DNA of 64,000 nucleotides from an uncultured Clostridia bacterium (GTDB lineage: Bacteria; Bacillota; Clostridia; Christensenellales; Borkfalkiaceae): positions 15,423 to 79,422 of the forward strand of contig CAYURN010000007.1 of NCBI GenBank assembly GCA_964447305.1, given 5' to 3'. Shown here piece by piece: positions 55,090-62,829 of this stretch. The translations under genes were made by a program, and so were the position numbers. How positions within the stretch are numbered: the stretch's first letter is position 1; each line of letters starts with the position of its first letter. The notes below the pieces were generated by a model. The model had not been told where the DNA came from. It searched no databases and saw only the letters and a program-made list of their open reading frames with translations.

Positions 55090-56929
55090 TCTTTTCCTCC
55101 TTTAAAAGTTTTTTATGTTCCGCGAGGTGCCTTACAAAGACTTCCTCGGTTGCGGACGAAAGCTGATTGCTGAGAATAAACGCCGTATGTTCGGCAATGT
55201 GCAGGGCGTGGTCGTCATACGCCTTTGCCTGCACAAAGCCTTTGAGCAGGGCGGCGTTTTCTTCGGCGCAGCGCGTGCGGTGAAGTTCCTCCATATTTCT
55301 GCCCGCCGACAGACCGTTGTAGCCGAGATAAGTAAGAACTTTGTTCTTTACCCCCTCCGATATCCTTCCGTCATCGCCCGTGAGCAGGCCGCTGGAGAGC
55401 AGGTCGTACATAACCGCCCTGCGCTGGGCCGGCGTGAGGTTGATTTCGCTGTCGGCTTCGAGCACGACGTCTTCCGAGTTGATTTGTTCCGAAGTAAAGG
55501 TTATAAGCCCTGCGCCGACGTCCCTGCGGGCGCCGCGCATGACGCGCATATCGGGCGTGAATTGGCGGTAGAGGCGAAGCACCTGCCTGCCGATTGACCT
55601 TAGCGCGCTCTTTATCTGTTCATAGGATACGTTCAGGCGGGCTTCATCCTGCTCGATGAGCAGTTGCAGACCCGTGGCCGACGTGACCGAATTCAACGTG
55701 CCGGTAGTCTGCGTGATTTCACCCACGCCCGACACCTTTGCAAATTCTTCTACAAGCCTGTCCTCTTCCTCGGAAAATTCGGACGGGACGGAGCCGAGCG
55801 AGAGCATTGTGGGCGGAGTGCCGCCCTGGCGGTAGATGAGTACTTTGCCGGGCGTAAGGCCGTCGGCCATAAGCTCGTCCGTATCGACGGAGCCGTCCTC
55901 CACGGCGATTGTACCCATAGATATTCTGTTTAAAAATTCGTGCTTGCGGTTTTTGACGGCGTTGTATGCGCGCTGAACGGGAATGAGCCTGTCGACAACG
56001 CTGCCGCCGAAGAACGAGCCTGCAAGAGGCAGGCTGTTCTGCCTGACGAAGGGATATGTGCGCGAGCCGTCCTCGCCGTTGATATAGGGCAGGTCGCCGT
56101 CGAACAGCAGGGCGTCCCCCGCCACTATTGTCAGTCTGCCTTCGGGGCGGTCGGCGGTGGGGCGCTCATAGCGTTCGATGACAATTTCGTAGCCGTGCCT
56201 GACCGCCGTGACGGGGGCAATGCGGGTGACCGAATGTACGGACGCCGAATATGGCGAGAGGGAAAATTCGTCTATGTCCCTGCCGACGAGTTTTACGCCG
56301 TAGGCGGCGTAGATATCCTCCACGGCTGCCGCCCTGGCGTGAATAAGGCTGGGCTGGCCGTGCAAACTCTCCTCCGAAAGCGAGGCGGGATAAAGTTCAA
56401 ACGGGGACACGGGGGAAATTTTAACCCCGCCCTCCCTGAGTTCGCCGTCCTCGCCTTCGGCAAGACGGCTGCCCGCGCAGCTGTCCCACGACACCTTGTA
56501 GAAGGCGGTGCCGCACGTTTCAGACCAGACGGTGGCGCGCGTAATGCAGTCGTCGAGGTTCTGGCTCTCCGACACGGCGGCAAGCACGGCGGAAGATATG
56601 TGCGCCGAGCGCACGTCGTCATCGCCGTCGGTGGCAGGCAGCACGGCAAGTTTGGGACGTATGCGCGCGAGCTTTGCACAGCGCATATCTATGGTCGGAG
56701 CGATATAGTTGAACACGCGGCGGGTCTGCCAGAAGAAGCCGGGAGAGTCCTCCTCTATCTCGCCATAGGAGTTTACGTCGCAGTACTGATTGCCGCACAA
56801 AAAATTCATGTTGAGCTGCCAGCCGCGCTCGATAGTGCGTCTTTCCTCCTGACGGCGGGCAAAATCTGCCCTGACGTCCTCCACCAGCTGTTTGGCCGCC
56901 TTTTCGGCGGCAGTTGCTTTGTCAATCAA
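55082..56929 (-). CDS. phage portal protein (615 aa)
   Basis: Size and position fit (after TerL, before scaffold). The N-terminal segment WQLNMNFLCGNQY is typical of portal families. Confidence 0.7.
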   Translation of the reverse strand: MIDKATAAEKAAKQLVEDVRADFARRQEERRTIERGWQLNMNFLCGNQYCDVNSYGEIEEDSPGFFWQTRRVFNYIAPTIDMRCAKLARIRPKLAVLPATDGDDDVRSAHISSAVLAAVSESQNLDDCITRATVWSETCGTAFYKVSWDSCAGSRLAEGEDGELREGGVKISPVSPFELYPASLSEESLHGQPSLIHARAAAVEDIYAAYGVKLVGRDIDEFSLSPYSASVHSVTRIAPVTAVRHGYEIVIERYERPTADRPEGRLTIVAGDALLFDGDLPYINGEDGSRTYPFVRQNSLPLAGSFFGGSVVDRLIPVQRAYNAVKNRKHEFLNRISMGTIAVEDGSVDTDELMADGLTPGKVLIYRQGGTPPTMLSLGSVPSEFSEEEDRLVEEFAKVSGVGEITQTTGTLNSVTSATGLQLLIEQDEARLNVSYEQIKSALRSIGRQVLRLYRQFTPDMRVMRGARRDVGAGLITFTSEQINSEDVVLEADSEINLTPAQRRAVMYDLLSSGLLTGDDGRISEGVKNKVLTYLGYNGLSAGRNMEELHRTRCAEENAALLKGFVQAKAYDDHALHIAEHTAFILSNQLSSATEEVFVRHLAEHKKLLKEEKNG

Positions 56930-57194
56930 AGTTTTCCTCCTTTAACATTTTTAATAGTTTCTGCCGCTCGGCGGCAAGCTCTTCATCCGACAGACTGTCG
57001 TCGCACGGCCTGTCGTCGAGCAGCATTTTGACAGCCTTTATGTCGGGCGGGATATCCCGACGGGTGACTTTACGCTTGACGAGTCTGAGTTCGCCGTCCT
57101 GCACGGCGAATTCTTCCACCGTTTCGCTGGTGTCGAACCCGACGGCGCACTTTTTGAGCGCCTCCTGCAAATCCGTATCGTTCTTGCTTTCCAT
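56922..57194 (-). CDS. small phage protein (90 aa) resembling the C-terminal part of small terminase subunits
   Basis: The segment EALKKCAVGFDTSETVEEF..DGELRLVKRKVTRRDIPPDIKAVKMLL matches by eye a pattern recurrent in Firmicutes phage TerS C-termini. There is no HTH part. It overlaps the portal start by 8 nt. Confidence 0.35.
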   Translation of the reverse strand: MESKNDTDLQEALKKCAVGFDTSETVEEFAVQDGELRLVKRKVTRRDIPPDIKAVKMLLDDRPCDDSLSDEELAAERQKLLKMLKEENFD

Positions 57195-57230
57195 TATTCC
57201 TCCTTATGATTACTCTGCATATAAACACAT

Positions 57231-58670
57231 TCAAAGCGGGCGCCTGCGCTCGTTGCGGAGCCGCCGTATGCGCCGCGCCTTGTCGCCCGCCACGGGGGAA
57301 GCAGGGCGGTGTTCGGCGGGGCGCGGGCGGGACATTATGTAATAGCGAAGCTCGTCCATGCAGTGGTCGTCCACCTTTCTGGGACTGTCCCCCGCCGCCC
57401 ATGAATAGGTGAGAAACTCCTCTATCATGTTGGTGCAGGTATCGAAAATATAAATATCCGGCCTGCCGTTGTTCCGCCTGAGGTATTTTTTGACGCGGCA
57501 TATTCCAGCGCATACGTCCTTATTGACGTTGGTATTTACGAGTATGCCGTTGTCGCAGAACAGTTCGGCCACGCTGCGCGAAGCCGCAAGCGTGCGCTGG
57601 TTCGCCGCCGAGTCGATAAGAGCGGCATACCTGCCCTTGCTGTCGCTTTTCCACCCGATTGCCCCGCTGATATGCTTGATTGAATTTGCATGGAAGTCGA
57701 CATCCCTACCCGCGGCGAAATGTTCGGCGACGACGTAGACGTTGCCGTCCCAATCGACGGCATACCAATGCGCAGACAGAGGGTTGTTGAGTCCCGGATC
57801 TATAGAGATGGTATCCTGCCATTCGGGAGGCACGGGAAAGGGCGCAATGACATGGACGGCGGGGTCGAATTCGGGATAGACAAGCCCCTCCCCCGAAGAG
57901 AATTTGCCATAACGGCGGCTGTCGAGGGTGTGCTCGTCAAGGGCGGTTTCTAAAAGCTTTATCTCCTTTGGGGAAAGAAAGGGGTTGTCCTCCCAACTCA
58001 TGAACTGGCACCAGATTTCCGGGTTGTTCCTGCGGTTGAGGTATATTTCATTGTAGATAAAGGTCATGCCCTTGAGCGGAGTCATCGTGCCGAAGATATC
58101 CCCCTGCCTGTCCATGACGCGCATTATGCACTCCTCGTAGATGTCCTTGGGAGGTTCTTCGTCAAACCACACGAAGTCAAGCGAACTGCCCTGAAATTTT
58201 TCGCGGCCCTGGTCGCAGCTTTTGAAGCCTATAGTAGATATCCCGCCGAACACGTTCTTTATCTTGATCTGGTCTATCACGCCGCCCGCGGGGCTGTCCT
58301 TGCGGCCGGAGAGCATTGTTATTTCGGCTATCCATTCCCGCGGGAGATAGTAGAGTATTTTGCTCTGCGCCACGTCGCGCTGGACCTGCTGGGAGAGGGA
58401 AACGACCCAGCCGAACACGTCCTTTCTGTTCTTGCGCCACGGGTGATTGCCGCGCGCCAGCCAGATCGCCTCCACTGCGCCGCACTCCGTTTTGCCCGAA
58501 CGATTGCCGCCGAATACCCAGCGGTTGCGCTTTTTGCAGCGGTGAAAGGCCAGCTGCTTTTTGTGTTTTTTGCGGCCGACGTTGTAGGCGAGCAACTTGT
58601 TTTCTCTGTTGCGGGCGGCAATGATTGCGTCTATGCGCGCCAATCTTTGGATTATTTCCTGCTTAGTCAT
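57231..58670 (-). CDS. phage terminase large subunit
   Basis: Walker A GGNRSGKT and Walker B LDFVWFDEE. The RNaseH-like nuclease Asp motifs are SIDPG, LIDSAA and DDHCMDELRYY. The start is uncertain: ATG at 58670 or GTG at 58694. Confidence 0.85.
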   Translation of the reverse strand: MTKQEIIQRLARIDAIIAARNRENKLLAYNVGRKKHKKQLAFHRCKKRNRWVFGGNRSGKTECGAVEAIWLARGNHPWRKNRKDVFGWVVSLSQQVQRDVAQSKILYYLPREWIAEITMLSGRKDSPAGGVIDQIKIKNVFGGISTIGFKSCDQGREKFQGSSLDFVWFDEEPPKDIYEECIMRVMDRQGDIFGTMTPLKGMTFIYNEIYLNRRNNPEIWCQFMSWEDNPFLSPKEIKLLETALDEHTLDSRRYGKFSSGEGLVYPEFDPAVHVIAPFPVPPEWQDTISIDPGLNNPLSAHWYAVDWDGNVYVVAEHFAAGRDVDFHANSIKHISGAIGWKSDSKGRYAALIDSAANQRTLAASRSVAELFCDNGILVNTNVNKDVCAGICRVKKYLRRNNGRPDIYIFDTCTNMIEEFLTYSWAAGDSPRKVDDHCMDELRYYIMSRPRPAEHRPASPVAGDKARRIRRLRNERRRPL

Positions 58671-58730
58671 GTATATTACGACAAATCCTCCCACATTTCT
58701 GCCCGCAAAGCATTATATAATGTGCGGGAT

Positions 58731-59393
58731 ATGAAGAAATTATTATTTATAATAATCTGCACGGCGGCACTGCTGCTCTGCGGCGGGGGTCGGGCGGCGG
58801 AAGCTTCCGAACTGACCTACACCTACGCCCAGGCGATAACGACGACGGCGTATTTCTTCAGTCAGAAGGACTTGTCCACCTCACTGTTTGCCGTGCCGTA
58901 CACCTATTACGTGCGCATAGTGCGCGAGGACGGGCAATGGTACTACGTTCAGTATGCCGCCGACGAAGGCATATACCGCGCGCTGTTCGGCTATGTGCTC
59001 AAGAGCGACTTTGTAACCCTGGACGAAGCGCCCGAAACGACCTATCTGTTCAAGAGCCTGACGATAACTTACACCGCCGAAGGCGACAATTCCTCGCTGC
59101 CCGCCCTTGACGAAATAGAGATGCAGGCCGCGTTTTACGGCACATACTATTCGGGCGCGACCGCGTATTCGTATGTGCTGTGCGGCGATTCGTTCGGGTA
59201 TATTCTTGGGGCAAACGACGATTATACGCTGAACGAGATATATACCCCGGCAGAGGATACATATATTGAAGATGATAGCGGCGGCGCAAGCGACAGCGGC
59301 GGCAACATAGTGACGGCCGTGATAATAATCGCGCTGACGCTGGGAGCGATAATGCTTGTATTCCTGTCCTCCAAGAAGATAAAGACCGACTGA
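58731..59393 (+). CDS. secreted/tail-anchored protein with SH3b-like repeats (220 aa), opposite strand inside the phage cluster
   Basis: True start is ATG 58731 (MKKLLFIIICTAALLL); the ORF-track start at 58443 lies antisense within terL. SH3b-like segments are ...DGQWYYVQYAADEGIYRALFGYVLKSDF and ...YVLCGDSFGYILGAND. A C-terminal TM helix is followed by KKIKTD. Confidence 0.6.
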   Translation: MKKLLFIIICTAALLLCGGGRAAEASELTYTYAQAITTTAYFFSQKDLSTSLFAVPYTYYVRIVREDGQWYYVQYAADEGIYRALFGYVLKSDFVTLDEAPETTYLFKSLTITYTAEGDNSSLPALDEIEMQAAFYGTYYSGATAYSYVLCGDSFGYILGANDDYTLNEIYTPAEDTYIEDDSGGASDSGGNIVTAVIIIALTLGAIMLVFLSSKKIKTD

Positions 59394-59394
59394 G

Positions 59395-59796
59395 TTACCT
59401 GCCCGTGAGCGCAAAATATTCGGACACAAGCCTGACGGCCGCGGAATAACTGCCTATGTTCCAAGCCCTGCGCATAAAGCGCACCACTACCCTGCGGACG
59501 ACGTTCGCGCGGTCGCGCGGCAGGCGGGAATAACCGCCCTTGCCGAGGGCGTAGCCTTGCAGAATTGCCCTGTCCTCCACGCAGAAGCCCGACATGACGC
59601 CGTCGAGATAACCCCACAGTTCGGCGAGTTTTCCCTTGACTTCCACGAGCATGCACAACCTTTCGGCATAATACATGGCAGGCCGACCGCCCAAAGCCGA
59701 TGAACACGCCGAACGCAGTATTAAATTGTCCAAAGCGTCGTTTAATCTGTCGGCGCGAAAATAAAATTTGAGCAGTTTTTTGCTTGTGATTGCCAT
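59395..59796 (-). CDS. putative phage late-gene regulator (ArpU/RinA/sigma region-4-like, 133 aa)
   Basis: Start set at ATG 59796 (MAITSKK), preceded by GGAGG with a 5-nt spacer. The position upstream of the packaging genes and the ...VEDRAILQGYALGKGGYSRL... segment suggest a sigma-r4-like HTH. This is a weak call. Confidence 0.35.
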   Translation of the reverse strand: MAITSKKLLKFYFRADRLNDALDNLILRSACSSALGGRPAMYYAERLCMLVEVKGKLAELWGYLDGVMSGFCVEDRAILQGYALGKGGYSRLPRDRANVVRRVVVRFMRRAWNIGSYSAAVRLVSEYFALTGR

Positions 59797-59871
59797 TGGT
59801 TCCTCCGCCATGTCGTTCAACGCGCACGTTGAACATGCGAACATTTGTTTGCATGTTTATTATAAAACACT

Positions 59872-59895
59872 AAATATGACAAAAAGTTCATATTT
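59872..59895. promoter_or_regulatory. perfect 8-8-8 inverted repeat, candidate operator
   Basis: AAATATGA (59872-59879), 8-nt spacer, TCATATTT (59888-59895). It lies in the divergent region upstream of the putative regulator and is followed by the AT palindrome AAAAATATTTTT. Confidence 0.4.
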
Positions 59896-59967
59896 AAAAA
59901 ATATTTTTAATTTTATTTAAAAAAAACATGTGATATATTTGTTTAAGCACACACAGGCGGTAGGTGA

Positions 59968-60000
59968 AATTGCCCCGCAGCCTTGCGGTGCGGGGCAATT
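59968..60000 (+). terminator. orphan hairpin (terminator-like) in the intergenic region
   Basis: 11-bp stem AATTGCCCCGC / GCGGGGCAATT followed by CATTATGTTTT. There is no upstream plus-strand gene. Confidence 0.35.
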
Positions 60001-60036
60001 CATTATGTTTTGAGGCAATTAGCCGACTCAAATAAC

Positions 60037-60065
60037 TTTACAATATAATAAAAAGGTGGTATAAT
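60037..60065 (+). promoter_or_regulatory. promoter TTTACA-17-TATAAT ending 7 nt before the 60073 GTG
   Basis: TTTACA at 60037-60042 and TATAAT at 60060-60065. Confidence 0.45.
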
Positions 60066-60072
60066 TTTTAGC

Positions 60073-61446
60073 GTGAAAAAATTTATTGCGGCAACAACGG
60101 CGCTTTTGCTTACTATTTTTATAGCGCCCGCATATCTTTTTACGACAGAAAACGCCAACGGCGACGACTCTGTTGAGATATATCCTACTCAATTTATCAG
60201 CGAGCTGACATTTGACAATCTGGTCGACTACGCGTTCAACGGCGACGTAAAGGCGTTTGCCGAAAACACGTCTTCGGGCGCTGTGCTTTATATTTTGGAG
60301 CCCGACTCGTATGGCGACAATCAGTTGACGACGGTAGTATGCGAATTTCAGATATCCGACATTGAGTATGACGACGATATTCTCTATCTGCTAACTGCCG
60401 ACAACGCAATCTATTCCTACGAAAACGGAAGCTTTACCTCCGCCATTCATTTCTTTGACTCCGACATACAAGCAAGCGACTATATTTCAATTTCAGGTTA
60501 TCTGTATATATTCCCCGAAGCATCCAGCGGAGCCGGCCTCGGGTTGATGGTCTATTACAACAGCGCTTTCACAGATATTTTTATCGATAACTGCTCACAG
60601 ATTAAACAAATCGGCAGCACCTTATATGTTGTCAATGACGGTAAACTTTATTCAATCTATGAAGCTACGGCAACAGAGCTGTCTTTCAGCTATATCGACC
60701 TGACCATTGCAGACAACATTTCCTCAGGCAACGCCGCTGAAATTTTAAAAAGCGACGGCTATGAAGTGAGGATGGTGAACGTGCTTTCGCGGACAACGGA
60801 CGGCGGTGCGACATACATTACGGAGATAGATATATCCGAAATAGGCAGCACGTTTACGACATTGGGAACGACGAGGCTCAACACGTCCCGCACGGGACTT
60901 GCCATTGCCGATGTAGGCAACGCGACAATAGTTATAATGCCCGACGACGACGGCGAAGGGAGCTGCTTTATCACCCTGACCTCCGCAATAGAGGAAATAA
61001 GCTACACGCCGACGGAAAGCAGCTCGGAAGCTTACGCCACAGGCGACACGGCTATATATTCGCGGCCATACGCCAGCAACTCCACCTTCATTATGACCGT
61101 ACCCAGCGGCACGATGTTCACCACAATCCAGCAGATTGAAATTGATTTTATAGACGACGTATTTTACATGGTCACCTGTACGGTAGACGGACAGGAGATA
61201 CAGGGCTATGTGATAAGCCGCTCGCTTTCGGAATACACCTTTGCCGCCGACAACAGCGAACAGTTTACGACCGGCACGGAGGACTTCACATACGAGAACA
61301 ATGCGAGCACGGTAATAATTATATTGATAATAGTCCTGCTTGTGCTGATTGCCATAGGATATATAGTGTTCTATGTAACAGGCAAAAAGCGCAGCGATAA
61401 GTCGGACATACCTCCGCCCGACGACGATTTGTATATTAAATGGTAA
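60073..61446 (+). CDS. secreted/tail-anchored protein with C-terminal SH3b-like domain (457 aa)
   Basis: GTG start and an N-terminal hydrophobic signal or anchor. SH3b-like segment ...FYMVTCTVDGQEIQGYVISRSLSEY, then a TM helix (VIIILIIVLLVLIAIGYIVFYV) and a charged tail. The architecture parallels the 58731-59393 protein. Confidence 0.6.
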   Translation: MKKFIAATTALLLTIFIAPAYLFTTENANGDDSVEIYPTQFISELTFDNLVDYAFNGDVKAFAENTSSGAVLYILEPDSYGDNQLTTVVCEFQISDIEYDDDILYLLTADNAIYSYENGSFTSAIHFFDSDIQASDYISISGYLYIFPEASSGAGLGLMVYYNSAFTDIFIDNCSQIKQIGSTLYVVNDGKLYSIYEATATELSFSYIDLTIADNISSGNAAEILKSDGYEVRMVNVLSRTTDGGATYITEIDISEIGSTFTTLGTTRLNTSRTGLAIADVGNATIVIMPDDDGEGSCFITLTSAIEEISYTPTESSSEAYATGDTAIYSRPYASNSTFIMTVPSGTMFTTIQQIEIDFIDDVFYMVTCTVDGQEIQGYVISRSLSEYTFAADNSEQFTTGTEDFTYENNASTVIIILIIVLLVLIAIGYIVFYVTGKKRSDKSDIPPPDDDLYIKW

Positions 61447-61460
61447 AACGACAGATAAAT

Positions 61461-61496
61461 AAACAGCGCGCAAGCCCGAAAGGCTTGCGCGCTGTT
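61461..61496. terminator. bidirectional terminator
   Basis: 16-bp stem AAACAGCGCGCAAGCC / GGCTTGCGCGCTGTTT with loop CGAAA, between convergent genes. Confidence 0.75.
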
Positions 61497-61511
61497 TATT
61501 CTGACACAAAA

Positions 61512-62693
61512 TTATTTACTGTAAAGCTTGGACACGCCCGAAGCGATTGCCGCCTTGGCAACAGCCTTGGCAACGCATTGGTGCGCGCCCTTGTCGTAAG
61601 CGTAGGGAAGTATAAATTCGCAGGAGAGCTTGTCCTCGGGGACATATTCCGCCATACCCTTGGCGGCGGCAAGCATCATTTCGTCGTTGACCGTGCGGGC
61701 GCGGACGTCGAGCGCGCCGCGGAACAGACCGGGGAACACAAGCGCGTTGTTTATCTGGTTGGGGTACTGCGAAGAACCTGTGCCGACAATGAACGCGCCA
61801 GCCGCTTTGGCGGCGGCAGGGTCGATTTCAGGCACGGGGTTTGCCATTGTGAACAGAATGGGTTTGGAGGCCATGCTGCCTACCATTTCAGCCGTGACGA
61901 CGTTGGGAGCGGATACTCCGATGAATACGTCGGCGCCGCGCATTGCGTCCGCAAGGCTGCCTTTAAGCATACCACGGTTGGTGACGAGCGCTATCTGGCT
62001 GTGGGCGGAATTGAGCGCGGGGTCGCCCTGGCAGATTATACCGAACTTATCGCACATAATTATATCTTTTACGCCCAGCTTGAGGAGGAATTTGCCTATG
62101 GATATACCTGCCGCGCCTGCGCCGTTGATGACGACCTTTACCTCCTCCGCCCGCTTTTGCGCGAGCTTGAGCGCGTTTGTAAACGCCGCCGCCACCACTA
62201 TTGCCGTGCCGTGCTGGTCGTCGTGAAAGACGGGGATATCGAGTTCTGCCTTTAAACGCGTTTCGATTTCAAAACAGCGGGGCGCGGAAATATCTTCCAG
62301 ATTTATGCCGCCGAATGAGCCGGCAAGCAATTTTATGGTATTGACGATCTCGTCAGGGTCCTTGCTGTTTATACACAGAGGATATGCGTCCACGTCGCCG
62401 AAGGTCTTAAAGAGGGCGCACTTGCCCTCCATTACGGGCATGCCCGCTTCCGGCCCGATATCGCCGAGGCCGAGGACGGCTGTGCCGTCGGTTATTACGG
62501 GTACGGTATTCCAGCGGCGGGTTAGGTCGAACGACTTTTCCACGTCCTCATGAATAGCCATGCAGGGTTCGGCTACGCCGGGGGTATATGCGAGCGAAAG
62601 CTCGTCGCGGTTACTCAACGGAACGCGGCATACGCACTCTATCTTGCCGCGCCACTCGGCATGTTTTTTCAGCGATTCCTCTCTGTAATTCAT
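61512..62693 (-). CDS. NAD(P)-dependent malic enzyme (short form)
   Basis: 393 aa with LSLAYTPGVAEPC, VITDGTAVLGLGDIGP and FHDDQHGTA motifs. Confidence 0.9.
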   Translation of the reverse strand: MNYREESLKKHAEWRGKIECVCRVPLSNRDELSLAYTPGVAEPCMAIHEDVEKSFDLTRRWNTVPVITDGTAVLGLGDIGPEAGMPVMEGKCALFKTFGDVDAYPLCINSKDPDEIVNTIKLLAGSFGGINLEDISAPRCFEIETRLKAELDIPVFHDDQHGTAIVVAAAFTNALKLAQKRAEEVKVVINGAGAAGISIGKFLLKLGVKDIIMCDKFGIICQGDPALNSAHSQIALVTNRGMLKGSLADAMRGADVFIGVSAPNVVTAEMVGSMASKPILFTMANPVPEIDPAAAKAAGAFIVGTGSSQYPNQINNALVFPGLFRGALDVRARTVNDEMMLAAAKGMAEYVPEDKLSCEFILPYAYDKGAHQCVAKAVAKAAIASGVSKLYSK

Positions 62694-62782
62694 ATTGTCA
62701 CCATCCTGATATATTTGCTTATATCATTATAGCACAACTTTTTTCAAAGACAAATATTTTTTGACGCATAATGCAAATTGCG

Positions 62783-62822
62783 ACAAAAAACAGAGCGCCG
62801 CGTGCAGACTTGCACGCGGCGC
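62783..62822 (-). terminator. rho-independent terminator after cysK
   Basis: 12-bp stem GCGCCGCGTGCA / TGCACGCGGCGC (62795-62822), followed on the minus strand by TCTGTTTTTT. Confidence 0.75.
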
Positions 62823-62829
62823 CCCGGAC

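Larger units (their letters stand above)
51060..59900 (-). mobile_element. phage-derived head-assembly/DNA-packaging gene cluster without tail, lysis, replication or integration genes
   Basis: Co-directional TerL, portal, scaffold and capsid genes plus 4 small or unknown ORFs and a putative late regulator. Housekeeping genes lie on both sides, and no integrase or att repeats were seen. Confidence 0.6.

Noticed and set aside
55940-57031. 363-aa plus-strand ORF
   Set aside because: It is antisense to the portal gene, with a GC-rich antisense artefact composition.
58443-58730. N-terminal 96 aa of the 316-aa plus-strand ORF
   Set aside because: This part is antisense to terL. A canonical signal peptide begins at the internal ATG 58731, which is taken as the real start.
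51060-60072. Attachment-site direct repeats, integrase, or a tRNA target flanking the phage-like cluster
   Set aside because: By eye I found no shared repeat of 12 nt or more between the 51000-51100 and 59800-60072 borders, and no recombinase gene. A computed repeat search is still needed. The only tRNA, at 5191, is 46 kb away.
60745-61509. 254-aa minus-strand ORF
   Set aside because: It is antisense to the 457-aa SH3b-like protein gene and crosses its terminator. It is Arg/Tyr/Cys-rich.
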